Assembly (NCBI GenBank): GCA_964504535.1
Contig: CAZDED010000003.1
Location: 70,850 to 134,849 of the forward strand
Reading direction: 5' to 3'
DNA length: 64,000 nt
From: an uncultured Gammaproteobacteria bacterium
GTDB taxonomy: Bacteria; Patescibacteriota; Microgenomatia; Levybacterales; GWA1-39-11
Shown here: in pieces, positions 9,061-18,763 of the stretch
How the letters are laid out: each line of letters starts with the position of its first letter
How positions within the stretch are numbered: the stretch's first letter is position 1
Made by a program: the position numbers and the translations under genes
The notes under the pieces: generated by a model
The model's input: the letters and a program-made list of their open reading frames with translations, nothing else
Database searches by the model: none
What the model was told of the DNA's origin: nothing

Positions 9061-9904
9061 TAGCCTCAAATATCATTTCTATGTCGTAAAAGTATTATTG
9101 TGCGACATAATTGATAGGCACACTCCAAAAGTTTCGACGGAGGAGAAACCGTAGCCTCGTTCTCGTGCGAGCGTCAATAATTGCAGAAATTTGTTAACTT
9201 CCATTTAGCTTCAAATATCACTACTTTCGAGGCGTACGGCAGTCCTCTTACCTCATGATCAGTGCATATAAGTCTAATTGAGGCCAATTTTGGGAGGATT
9301 TAGCCTCAAAATGAGGCTTTTTTCGATTTTTTTTCGTATCTCCTCCTCCATCGTTGAGGCTAACAATTGATTAGTAGCCTCAAAACCGTGAAAAGTTATC
9401 GCAGAAAGCCGTGAAACGGCTTATCCACATTCACCCTTCATGTCGCCATTTATGTTGTAGAATCAATCCAAACTTCACTTTTTGAGGCAAAATGTGTGTG
9501 TTTTATTATATATAATTAACCTGTTGAAGGAGAAGATAAGAGATGGGACTCAAGCTATTCCTATTTTAAAATAATTATCAGCAAAAAACTGGGCAGTGTT
9601 TTGCTGTGAAGCTGGCTGATCTTATGCAGCTTCATAGAACACCCTACTGGTATATCTTTATTATGGGATACTATGGAATAATTATAGGATACCACACTAC
9701 TATATCTAACTATATCATTTGAACCTGCTATTCCACTTTATCACCACACCACTCTGGTTTATTGGTTATTAGCTACTAGCCATTAGACGCTAATAATAAA
9801 ACTAGTTAAATTGCTAAATAGATAAATAATGAATACATCTGATGAACTTGAGTTAATAACTATGGGATACTATAGAGTTATTTTTAGCTTCAAATAGCCT
9901 CAAA
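9061..9904. repeat. Dispersed array of TAGC(C/T)TCAAA motifs in both orientations
   Basis: Copies at 9061, 9206, 9301, 9375, 9885, 9895 (+) and about 9278, 9311, 9354, 9481 (-). Confidence 0.85.
9081..9108. other. Putative dif (Xer recombination) site, 11-6-11
   Basis: ATGTCGTAAAA-GTATTA-TTGTGCGACAT, inverted arms 9/11 identical, 660 nt from xer. Confidence 0.72.
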
Positions 9905-9913
9905 ATTTGCTTT

Positions 9914-10711
9914 CTAGACTCCCCATTTAGAGAATATAACGAGAAATAATACGGATATAAAGCCCACCCACACATACTCCCAAAGTATTCCTTTAAAGAG
10001 TCGTCTCTCTAGCCATGCATGGCAAAGCCCCGAATAGGTGTAGAATATTCCAGTCAAAAAAAGTGAATACACTGAAGCGTTAACAGGCCACAAAACGAGT
10101 ACATAGGATAGCTGTAGTATTGATATAGCAATTGCCGCTGAGAAAAGCGCTATAGCCTTCACTTGGGTTGTATCCAAACTGTAGGTCCACAATGACTGAA
10201 TATTCATCAAAAATGATAACGGCAGGATAACAAGTGGCGTTAAAAGAACTGGAAGCCGTAGTGAAAATATAAAATTTACCAGAAAATAAAACACCAGAAG
10301 CGTTATGACAAATGCTACTATCCTCGCACTCCGGAGCAGATTTATTGTGCGAATACCAGAAACAGCGAAGATATTTTGTGTCAAAAATAATGAGTACAAA
10401 CCAAATGCATAGATGATAGTTATGATAAGCCGACTAATTAGGCGTGTTGGAACCAGAGTATAGAAAAAAGGAAAGGCAATCGTATAGAAAAATGGCAGAA
10501 CAAGAGTTGGCGCAACAAATGTCCCCTTGATATCCTTCCTCAGGATAAAAAGAAGCATCAAAACAGTAGCAACAGCTATTCCCAGCGACGCAACAAGCAG
10601 CTTTACTCCGCTAAAATATTCGCTCAAAAAAACTCCTGCTGATAAAAGTAAAACTGCGATAACAAATTTCTGACGCTTGTTGAGTTGTACGAGCTTGAGA
10701 AGTGTATTCAT
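9914..10711 (-). CDS. Polytopic membrane protein
   Basis: About 8-9 TM segments. Confidence 0.8.
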   Translation of the reverse strand: MNTLLKLVQLNKRQKFVIAVLLLSAGVFLSEYFSGVKLLVASLGIAVATVLMLLFILRKDIKGTFVAPTLVLPFFYTIAFPFFYTLVPTRLISRLIITIIYAFGLYSLFLTQNIFAVSGIRTINLLRSARIVAFVITLLVFYFLVNFIFSLRLPVLLTPLVILPLSFLMNIQSLWTYSLDTTQVKAIALFSAAIAISILQLSYVLVLWPVNASVYSLFLTGIFYTYSGLCHAWLERRLFKGILWEYVWVGFISVLFLVIFSKWGV

Positions 10712-10716
10712 ACGCC

Positions 10717-11229
10717 TTAAACGATTTTCATTGCATGATGAAGAGCTATAGCAAGAGCATCGGCACTATCGTCAAAATCCTTGTCTTTTTTACCGTTAAA
10801 GGCGAGTTTTGTCTCATCGAGATTAAGAAGAGTTCTCACAGTCTCTTGCACTCCTTTCTTTTCAGTCTTCCCACTCCCTGTAAGACTTAATTTCACAGTA
10901 CTAGGAGTATATTCAAAAACAGGTAGATCAAATAATGCAGCGGTCAGCATGATAACGCCACGGGCCTGACTTACCGATATCGCAGTCTTAACATTTCGAC
11001 CAAAAAATATATTCTCGACAATCAAACAATTCGGCTTATGTTTTTGAACCAAAGCGTTGAGGTTGGTGTGCAGGAGAAGCAATCTCTCGGGCATTGTGTT
11101 GATCTTTTCTGTGACTATACAGCCGTGGCCTACATATTTTATATGGAGTTCATCATTTTTGCGGGGTTTTTTTGTAATAACACCCCACCCTGTCCGGTTA
11201 GTACCAGGATCAATTCCGAAGATAATCAT
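10717..11229 (-). CDS. ruvC: Holliday junction resolvase
   Basis: GIDPG, E..FFG.N, QARGV, DDSADALAIA. Confidence 0.96.
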   Translation of the reverse strand: MIIFGIDPGTNRTGWGVITKKPRKNDELHIKYVGHGCIVTEKINTMPERLLLLHTNLNALVQKHKPNCLIVENIFFGRNVKTAISVSQARGVIMLTAALFDLPVFEYTPSTVKLSLTGSGKTEKKGVQETVRTLLNLDETKLAFNGKKDKDFDDSADALAIALHHAMKIV

Positions 11230-11232
11230 AAA

Positions 11233-11964
11233 CTAAGAACTATACTCCAAATTCGTGTAGACCTTTTGTACGTCATCCAATTCTTCAATTTTCTCTATTA
11301 ATTGTACAACTTTTTCTTCAATCTGAGGCGAAACACTCATCTTAGAATTTGGCTTATACACAAGAGATGCCTCCTCAACAGTAAGCCCACTTCCCTCTAT
11401 TGCTTGGCGGGCAGTTGTTAAGGCTTGTGGTTCACAATATAGTATCGCTACTTCATCTTCCTCTTCAAAATCGGAAATATTATTATCAAGAGCAATTGAT
11501 AGTATCTCATCAGATGATTTACCATTTTTTGAAACAATAATTTCGCCTGACTTCTGGAATAAATAACTTACTGCTCCTTGTCCCGCCATCGTTCCGCCAT
11601 TTTTTTCCATTATGTTTTTGACCTCAGCTACCGTTCTTTGTTTTTTATCTGTAACTGCCTCAACAAGTAATCCTACTCCACCCTGTGCAAATCCTTCATA
11701 CAGTACCTCAAATAGTTCAACTCCGCCGGCTCCACCACTCCCTTTTACAACTGCTCTCTCTATGCTATCCTTAGGCATATTCGCACCTTTTGCTTTGTCT
11801 ATGGCAAATCGAAGAGTTGCATTGAATCCTGGATCAGTGTTACCACCACCCTGCTTAACAGCAATAGTAATTGCATTGGCCAATTTAGTAAAAAGTTGAC
11901 CACGCTTAGCATCATTTGCTCCTTTTTGACGTTTGATTGTATCCCACTTTGAATGGCCTGACAT
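11233..11964 (-). CDS. yebC: YebC/PmpR family protein
   Basis: MSGHSKW start, YEG, ELDDVQKVYTN. Confidence 0.96.
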   Translation of the reverse strand: MSGHSKWDTIKRQKGANDAKRGQLFTKLANAITIAVKQGGGNTDPGFNATLRFAIDKAKGANMPKDSIERAVVKGSGGAGGVELFEVLYEGFAQGGVGLLVEAVTDKKQRTVAEVKNIMEKNGGTMAGQGAVSYLFQKSGEIIVSKNGKSSDEILSIALDNNISDFEEEDEVAILYCEPQALTTARQAIEGSGLTVEEASLVYKPNSKMSVSPQIEEKVVQLIEKIEELDDVQKVYTNLEYSS

Positions 11965-12089
11965 AGTGTTGTGATTAGTAATTAGTGATTAGTTATTATA
12001 GGTGTTTATCTATTCAAAAACAAGAATACCACTAATCGTTTCTTGACAATTTTTTTTAATTTCTCTACAATGGGACAATCAAAAATTCT

Positions 12090-12702
12090 GATGCCTAACC
12101 TCAAAGATAACGCAATAAAATTAGCTCTCGAAAATAATTGGGAAGAAGCAATCCTAATAAATAAAGAGATTCTGACAGAATCCCCAAAAGATATCGACTC
12201 ACTTAAAAGGCTAGCATATGCCTACATGCAGTCAGGAAATTTCGTTGATGCAAAGGAGACCTACAACGCCATTATAGATCTTGATAGTACTAATCCCATA
12301 GCTACAAAGAATTTAAGAAAACTTATGGCTCTTTCACAACAGAAAAACGGTGTAGCATCATCATCCCACATCAACCATATGGACAATGTATTCATTCAAG
12401 AGGCAGGTAAAACCAAAACCGTTGATCTGACAAATGTTGCCGATAAAAAGACCCTTATGAGTCTTCAGCATGGAGATGACATACAACTAATCATTAAAAG
12501 ATCAAAGATTTTTGCGTTAACATCCGATAAAACGTTTATAGGAATGCTCCCTGACAACGTAGGTATACGACTCATTGGATTTATGAAAGGTGGAAATGAA
12601 TATCAAGCGTGTATCAAGGGCGTTGATGATAAAAATGTTACTGTTTTTATTAAAGAAACCAAAAGAGCGAAGAAATACACCAATCAGTCTTCTTTTTCCT
12701 AA
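12090..12702 (+). CDS. TPR protein with C-terminal HIRAN-like domain
   Basis: TPR helices then IGMLP...Y beta domain; TTGACA-17-TACAAT promoter upstream. Confidence 0.7.
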
Positions 12703-12703
12703 C

Positions 12704-12853
12704 CTAGTCTCTTACATACAAAACTTTCTCATGCTGTAATTCTTTATGGACTGCATGTATTTCTTTTTTTGGTTTTTTGAGTTCTTTTCTCAAAGATAAT
12801 AAAGCAAGAAGAAACGAAACAATAAGCATGACAGAAACCATAACGATAAACAT
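12704..12853 (-). CDS. Small single-TM protein, 49 aa (MFIVMVSVMLIVSFLLALLSLRKELKKP...)
   Basis: Manual translation; follows upstream gene in operon. Confidence 0.6.
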   Translation of the reverse strand: MFIVMVSVMLIVSFLLALLSLRKELKKPKKEIHAVHKELQHEKVLYVRD

Positions 12854-12865
12854 ATCTAGAATATA

Positions 12866-13678
12866 TCAGAAACTGAGCATCGAATCCAAATCGTCTCCCA
12901 AAAAAACGGTAACATCTGCTGACTGGGATACCTTCTCTTTTTTTACAGGAAATCCCAATAATCCAGATAATGAGTTCATATAGCTGTCAGGCTTACCAGG
13001 ATAGGCTATAAAGGAATTAGAATTCTTAGTGCTGGTTCTGACAGCAATTACATTGTAGCCCAGTCTTGTGAGGATTCCTGCCACTTCAGTTCCAAGGCCG
13101 TCTATTGATGTTCCATTCTCTACTTCAATTGTATATTCCATATTATTAATCACAGAGTCTTTAAAAAGATCACCTACTTTTTCTTTCATCTGATCCTGAT
13201 TAAAAATATTGATCCTGATTTCGTGAGTGTTGTCAGACAACGAACCATTTACAGCATTTGCCAATTTATAAATGTCGTATTTATCAATATTTTTAAAAAC
13301 CAGATTATCACCTCCAAATACGAGCCGGGAAACGTTTGTGGAAGAAGCAAACTCCTTAAGGTTTACGGGAGGCTTATTGTCAAATATCATGGCGTTTATA
13401 GGTATGCCAAGTGCGATAGAGGACTCGACAGGCCCTTTTCCTTTTACAAAGCTTCGTATGTCACCGATAGCCAAAAATAGAGCTGATTTACTCGCTCTAT
13501 CAACGAATATGATTTTTGAATCCTTTGCAACGATAAGGAGCGAAAAAGAATTATTCCTAAATGAGGACTGAAGAATTTCGTTACCGACCCTAAAAATAAT
13601 AGATCCTATTATTAGCAGGATAACAGCAAGTATAAAAATCTTAAGGTAAAAAAAACTAGCTATTTTTTCTTGGAACAT
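12866..13678 (-). CDS. LytR C-terminal domain membrane protein
   Basis: TM; IEVENGTSIDGLG...L...GY, ADVTVFLGDD. Confidence 0.8.
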   Translation of the reverse strand: MFQEKIASFFYLKIFILAVILLIIGSIIFRVGNEILQSSFRNNSFSLLIVAKDSKIIFVDRASKSALFLAIGDIRSFVKGKGPVESSIALGIPINAMIFDNKPPVNLKEFASSTNVSRLVFGGDNLVFKNIDKYDIYKLANAVNGSLSDNTHEIRINIFNQDQMKEKVGDLFKDSVINNMEYTIEVENGTSIDGLGTEVAGILTRLGYNVIAVRTSTKNSNSFIAYPGKPDSYMNSLSGLLGFPVKKEKVSQSADVTVFLGDDLDSMLSF

Positions 13679-13680
13679 AA

Positions 13681-15384
13681 TTAGTGCACAAAGTGAAATT
13701 TACGGAGTTTTCTGAGTAGTTCAATCGTATTTTTTTCTGAAAATCCTAACAGCTCAAGCACTTTCTTTCCAATTCGAAGACCTGCCTCAAATTCCGGGAT
13801 GACAATTGTATTTACTCCTAGATTTACCAGTTCATACTTATCTTCATCGATGTGGGATCTACAAAGAACAGTAAGCTTAGGGTTTAGATCAAGTGCAGTT
13901 TTGATAATGACCTTCTGCGAATAACTGTCAGGCAGTGCTACAACTAAAATTTTAGCCGTTTTTATTCCGGCGCTTTTCAACACATCACTATCCGTTGGGT
14001 CACCATACAGCCCATTTTTCATGTTCTTAGAAAGTTCATCTATAATTCTCCTATCAAAATCTATCACTACGTATTCTATCTCCCCCATATCTAAAAGGTT
14101 CCGAACCTCCCTCCCCACCCTTCCATGTCCCAATATAATTACGTGGTTCTCAATTTTTTCATATGTTGATCTCATATAATAATGCGAATCGCCCATGAAT
14201 TTCTTCACGAATTTCGTATTTTTATATTTTTCAAAAATCGACTTAGTTGTCCAGTTAACAACCGGTATCAGTATAAGAGAAGTAATAAATATAGCGAGCA
14301 AATTCTCATAATTTTGAGCAGTTATAAAATGGGAAACAAAAGCTATTTGGGCAACTACAACAGCAAACTCACCGATATTGCTTAAATTAGATGAAATAAA
14401 AATATTAGCACTTGGCAAGAATTTAAAGAAACGTAAAATAAAGAATGCAACAAAAAACTTAACGGTGAGAATAAGTATTGTTGTAACAATAACAACGGGT
14501 AATGACCATAATAATGTTTCTCCATTAACAAGCATTCCTATCATAACAAAGAAGAGAACAAGCAAAATATCTCTTAAGGGTTTTATGGATGCCAATGGTG
14601 CTAGATTTTTCCCCTCTTCTGATATCAATATTCCGGCAAAAAAAGCAGCAATGGTTTGAGGAAGACCTGCAATTGTCAGAATCCCCACAGAAACAACAGC
14701 AGTAAAGATTGTTGCAAGTATTGTCAGTTCTTGTTGTGGATATCTGAATAGTATATGGAATAATTTTGAAAGAAAAACGCGACTAATAATGTACATAGCA
14801 ATAAAGGCTATAAGAGGTTTTATAGACGTTACAATAAAAGTAATAACGGTATCGGGAAATCTAAAATGCGCATTAAAAAGTAATGGAATAAGAAATATTA
14901 CTGGCACGATAAAAAGGTCTTGAATAAGCAGAATTATAAATACGTTATTCCCAGGGAAATTTGAAACCATACCTTTCTCTTCCAAGATTTTTAGAATTAC
15001 AGCAGTTGATGAAAAAGAGAACAATACAGCAAATAATACCGCTATTTGTAAACTAAAATGAAAGAGAAGTAGTATCGGAAAGACTAAAGCACTTGTTATA
15101 AGTATCTGAAAAATGGATGCTAAAACAATTTTTTTATTGACTCGCATAAGAGTCGAAAATGAAATTTCAAAGCCAAGAGTAAATAAAAGAAGGGAAACTC
15201 CAACCTGTGACAAAGAAAAAAGACTCTCGTATGAGGGGATAAAACCCTTTCCAACAACTCCGAAAATTATTCCACTAACAAGATAGCCAACAACGGGAGG
15301 AAGCTTTACGGTCCTTGCAGCAAATCCTCCAATAAAGGCTGCTATAACAAGAATAATTATCTCGTTGATAAATGAAGCATGCAT
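13681..15384 (-). CDS. CPA2 cation:proton antiporter with TrkA-N domain (Kef/YbaL-like)
   Basis: PPVVGYL, SSTA, IQDL, GEFA, GHGRVG, YGD. Confidence 0.92.
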   Translation of the reverse strand: MHASFINEIIILVIAAFIGGFAARTVKLPPVVGYLVSGIIFGVVGKGFIPSYESLFSLSQVGVSLLLFTLGFEISFSTLMRVNKKIVLASIFQILITSALVFPILLLFHFSLQIAVLFAVLFSFSSTAVILKILEEKGMVSNFPGNNVFIILLIQDLFIVPVIFLIPLLFNAHFRFPDTVITFIVTSIKPLIAFIAMYIISRVFLSKLFHILFRYPQQELTILATIFTAVVSVGILTIAGLPQTIAAFFAGILISEEGKNLAPLASIKPLRDILLVLFFVMIGMLVNGETLLWSLPVVIVTTILILTVKFFVAFFILRFFKFLPSANIFISSNLSNIGEFAVVVAQIAFVSHFITAQNYENLLAIFITSLILIPVVNWTTKSIFEKYKNTKFVKKFMGDSHYYMRSTYEKIENHVIILGHGRVGREVRNLLDMGEIEYVVIDFDRRIIDELSKNMKNGLYGDPTDSDVLKSAGIKTAKILVVALPDSYSQKVIIKTALDLNPKLTVLCRSHIDEDKYELVNLGVNTIVIPEFEAGLRIGKKVLELLGFSEKNTIELLRKLRKFHFVH

Positions 15385-15449
15385 AATTTATTAGTTAAAA
15401 GTCAGAAGCTAATAGCTAGTAAATAGTAGCTGCTAGCTTTCAATCAAGT

Positions 15450-16184
15450 TTAGGTGAGTTGACCTAAAAAATCAACTAATTCTGAGGTTAATGGAACTAC
15501 AAACGTCACTTTTTTTTCAGTCGTAGGACTGATAAATGATATCGTTGATGCGTGCAGGAAATGTCTCCATAAATGCTTTCTGTCTCGTGCAAATGTCTTT
15601 CTACCTGCATAGAGGCTGTCTGCATAGATTGGGTGACCAGCATACTGCATATGAACGCGGATTTGATGTGTTCTTCCTGTTTGAGGATAAACTTCTACAA
15701 AACTTAATTCTTCAACCGTCTTTCCATCCTTTAATTTTTTGTGTGAGATGGTTTTAAATTTTGTGTATGACTCCCTTCCCTGAGGGATTACACCAAAACG
15801 CATACGGTTCCAGGGTAGTCTTCCAATCGGAACATTAATCTCACCCTCCGACACTAATTTCCCATGCACAAGAGCAAGATATTCTTTTTTGACGATTCTG
15901 TCTTTAAATTGTTTTTGTATAAAATCAAAACTGTTACTATTTAGAGCAACGATCAAAGCGCCACTAGTTTCTTTATCGAGTCTGTGCACTATCCCTCCCC
16001 TCTTCTCAAATTCAGTATCTGTCCCCTGTCCCCTGTCCCCTGTCTCCTGCTTTTCTAAAATCCAATCCTGAACTGTATATTCATCACGCGATGTGTCTGC
16101 GTTATTTACGATCATCCCCGCTGGCTTGTTAATAACCACAAAATTATTGTCTTGGAAAATTACTTGGGGGATTTTGTGATCCAT
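15450..16184 (-). CDS. RluA-family pseudouridine synthase
   Basis: NKPAG, HRLDKETSG, TGRTHQIRVH, LHA. Confidence 0.94.
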   Translation of the reverse strand: MDHKIPQVIFQDNNFVVINKPAGMIVNNADTSRDEYTVQDWILEKQETGDRGQGTDTEFEKRGGIVHRLDKETSGALIVALNSNSFDFIQKQFKDRIVKKEYLALVHGKLVSEGEINVPIGRLPWNRMRFGVIPQGRESYTKFKTISHKKLKDGKTVEELSFVEVYPQTGRTHQIRVHMQYAGHPIYADSLYAGRKTFARDRKHLWRHFLHASTISFISPTTEKKVTFVVPLTSELVDFLGQLT

Positions 16185-16185
16185 T

Positions 16186-16845
16186 TTACTGTTTGTTAAA
16201 TGTGTCTCTTTGGACTAAGAACAGCAATACAAATGATACCAATGTTGATATGGTAAGTATTGCATTGTACCAAAGATATTTTTGAGAAAATATTCCATAC
16301 GAGGCAAATGAAAAAGCGAGATTTACGAGTGAATATGTAATGATGGTAAGAAATGTTATAAATCCATCTTTCGTTGTATATTTATTATGAATTTTTATAA
16401 ACCATCCATAAAATCCGAGTAAGACAACCGTAGCAATTATTTTTATGATGAGAAAAACACCACTGTTGCTTTGTAAAAGTATGTCAAACAGTATTATTGG
16501 CGAAAAAGACATAAGATATATGTCAATAATCCTTAACTTGTTTTTCTTTTTTCTAAAAAGAAGCAGAAGAGCTATTATCATCCCGGCAAACCCAATGTAT
16601 GGCACAATCCCCCAATATTTTGTCAGGTAGAAAAACCGCAATGGATTTAGAATTTGCAATGATCCGACATAAAACGAGAATGCAATACGCGATAGAACAA
16701 AAAATACGAATAGACTTATGAAAACATTGTCATACACCTGACGCAACGAGATACTTTGACGAAGTAAAACAAAATCATGCCTAGACACTGCATAAAGAAT
16801 GAAAAGTGACAAAAATATTCCTAAAATATAAAAAAGTAAATACAT
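16186..16845 (-). CDS. Membrane protein, possibly divergent Lgt-like
   Basis: About 7 TM; SRI.F, G...Y.GF pattern; next to rluA. Confidence 0.55.
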   Translation of the reverse strand: MYLLFYILGIFLSLFILYAVSRHDFVLLRQSISLRQVYDNVFISLFVFFVLSRIAFSFYVGSLQILNPLRFFYLTKYWGIVPYIGFAGMIIALLLLFRKKKNKLRIIDIYLMSFSPIILFDILLQSNSGVFLIIKIIATVVLLGFYGWFIKIHNKYTTKDGFITFLTIITYSLVNLAFSFASYGIFSQKYLWYNAILTISTLVSFVLLFLVQRDTFNKQ

Positions 16846-16849
16846 AGAT

Positions 16850-18139
16850 TTAGCTAAATTTGGATAACAATGTTTCTTTCTTTTTGAACAAAAAGACTTT
16901 TGCTAAACCTAACAATAACAACAAAATGCCCATCCCAATGAGCACTGCCCTAACTCCCAGCACATCTGCAAATACCCCGGCAAGAATAATAGGAATAAAA
17001 GCAAAAATACCAACAACGACAAATAACAATCCGTACACTTTTGATAAAGATTTCCTGCTAATATGAGTTTGTACTATGGTCTGCGCCGGAACAAATATGC
17101 AGGAATTGGCAACACCTGCTAAAAATGTGATTCCCAATGAAAGGAAAACGAGGTTAAAATATTTCTGCTGATCAATCACCCCAAACAAAAAAAGAATGAT
17201 ACTGGAAAGAAATATTCCAAAACTAATAACCTTTTCTTTATTCGCATGGGCGAATTTGCTCCCAATCACAAGCGCTGATAATAAAGTCCCAAGCGCTGCA
17301 GGTGCAAAAATAACGAGAGATATATCTTCTGCGCTGACGTGCAAGGTTTTTTGTGCATAATCAGGAACAAGCGTTGCCAAAACTAAAATGATAACTTGAG
17401 AAAGCGCGAGGAAAAGAAGTGAACTGGTAACATTATTTTTGCTTCTTAAAATTTTTATTACTTCACGAAATTCTTTCCCAACGAGTCTATATAAATGAAA
17501 AACGTTTGCAGCGATCGTTTTTTCCGTCCTCAACTTTCTAACTGATGGGGCTACATCAGGCATCAACTGGACGCAGATATATGCTATGGCAAAAAGTGCA
17601 GCGATGAACAAAAATATTCCCCCTCCGGGAAAAATTCTCATCGCAGGTCCAGCAATAACATATCCAATAAGAATTGATCCAAATAGACATACACCAAAGA
17701 TTGCATTAGCCGACAACAGCTGATCACGTTTGACCAAATGAGGAATGATTGGGGCTTCGGCTGGAATATAGAATTGTGTCACCAGTGCAATTGCCAATTG
17801 AAAACTATAGATAAATACTAAGGTGTCTTTAACAAAAAAGAAAAGGACAAGAATGAGGGCGCGGGAAACATTCCCAAATATCAGTATTTTTCTTTTGTTT
17901 TTAGCATCGGCAATAATTCCTCCCAAAAAACTGAAAAGCACTTGCGGTATAAGAAATGTCATAACAAGTATCGAAACAGCAAAATTTGAATGTGTTAAGT
18001 TATAGGTAATAACGATCAGAACAATCGTTAACATATTTGAAGCAATCTGGGAAAAAATAACCGACAACGAAAATACTACGAATTGAGGACGGAAAAGTGG
18101 GCTGAGAAGATTGTTAGCTTGCGAAAACTTTTTGGACAT
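16850..18139 (-). CDS. MFS transporter
   Basis: 12 TM; GGIIAD..NKRKIL motif A. Confidence 0.9.
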   Translation of the reverse strand: MSKKFSQANNLLSPLFRPQFVVFSLSVIFSQIASNMLTIVLIVITYNLTHSNFAVSILVMTFLIPQVLFSFLGGIIADAKNKRKILIFGNVSRALILVLFFFVKDTLVFIYSFQLAIALVTQFYIPAEAPIIPHLVKRDQLLSANAIFGVCLFGSILIGYVIAGPAMRIFPGGGIFLFIAALFAIAYICVQLMPDVAPSVRKLRTEKTIAANVFHLYRLVGKEFREVIKILRSKNNVTSSLLFLALSQVIILVLATLVPDYAQKTLHVSAEDISLVIFAPAALGTLLSALVIGSKFAHANKEKVISFGIFLSSIILFLFGVIDQQKYFNLVFLSLGITFLAGVANSCIFVPAQTIVQTHISRKSLSKVYGLLFVVVGIFAFIPIILAGVFADVLGVRAVLIGMGILLLLLGLAKVFLFKKKETLLSKFS

Positions 18140-18151
18140 ACCAAGAACTAT

Positions 18152-18706
18152 CTATGCTCTCTTAGTATAACTTCCATCTCTAGTGTCTACAACAATACTA
18201 TCCCCGGAATTAATAAAAAGTGGAACACGAGCCTTAATGCCATTCTCAAGTTCTGCATCTTTATATACATTTGAAGCACTATTACCCTTCACGCCCGGCG
18301 CCGTATCAATAACCTTCAGTGTGACTTTTGGTGGAAGCTGTAACGAAAGAGCTTTCCCATCATTCATTTGGACGATAGCTTCATTGCCCTCTATTAGGAA
18401 TTCGTGTCCTATCAAACTTTTCAACGGTACATCGACTTGCTCGTATGTCCTAGGGTCCATAAAATGTGCTCCTGCTCCATCTTTATATAGAAATTGCAAC
18501 TGGCGGCTCTCAAGATATATATCTTTTATCATGGCGCCATTTATGTAGCTTTTTTCAAGAGTTGCCCCATTGAGTAAATTCCTAACCTTGACCTTAATAT
18601 TCGCACTCCCCCGCCCCATCTTTATATGTTCGTACGACATGACCTGAAGGATTTGTCCATCTTCTTCATAGGCGATACCTTGTTTTAAATCTGTTACTGA
18701 AATCAT
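18152..18706 (-). CDS. efp: Elongation factor P
   Basis: HIKMGRGSA, PGVKGNS, VPLFI..GD...VDTR. Confidence 0.96.
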   Translation of the reverse strand: MISVTDLKQGIAYEEDGQILQVMSYEHIKMGRGSANIKVKVRNLLNGATLEKSYINGAMIKDIYLESRQLQFLYKDGAGAHFMDPRTYEQVDVPLKSLIGHEFLIEGNEAIVQMNDGKALSLQLPPKVTLKVIDTAPGVKGNSASNVYKDAELENGIKARVPLFINSGDSIVVDTRDGSYTKRA

Positions 18707-18763
18707 AGTTCAATTAAAAAATTGTAAGGGTCTTATTGTACCAGTTTTAAGCTAAATCTTCCA

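Noticed and set aside
8846-9076. Short minus-strand ORFs (76 and 68 aa)
   Set aside because: No recognisable motifs or RBS; overlap repeat-rich non-coding DNA
9061-9904. CRISPR array
   Set aside because: Repeats only ~10 nt, irregular spacing, both orientations, no cas genes in window
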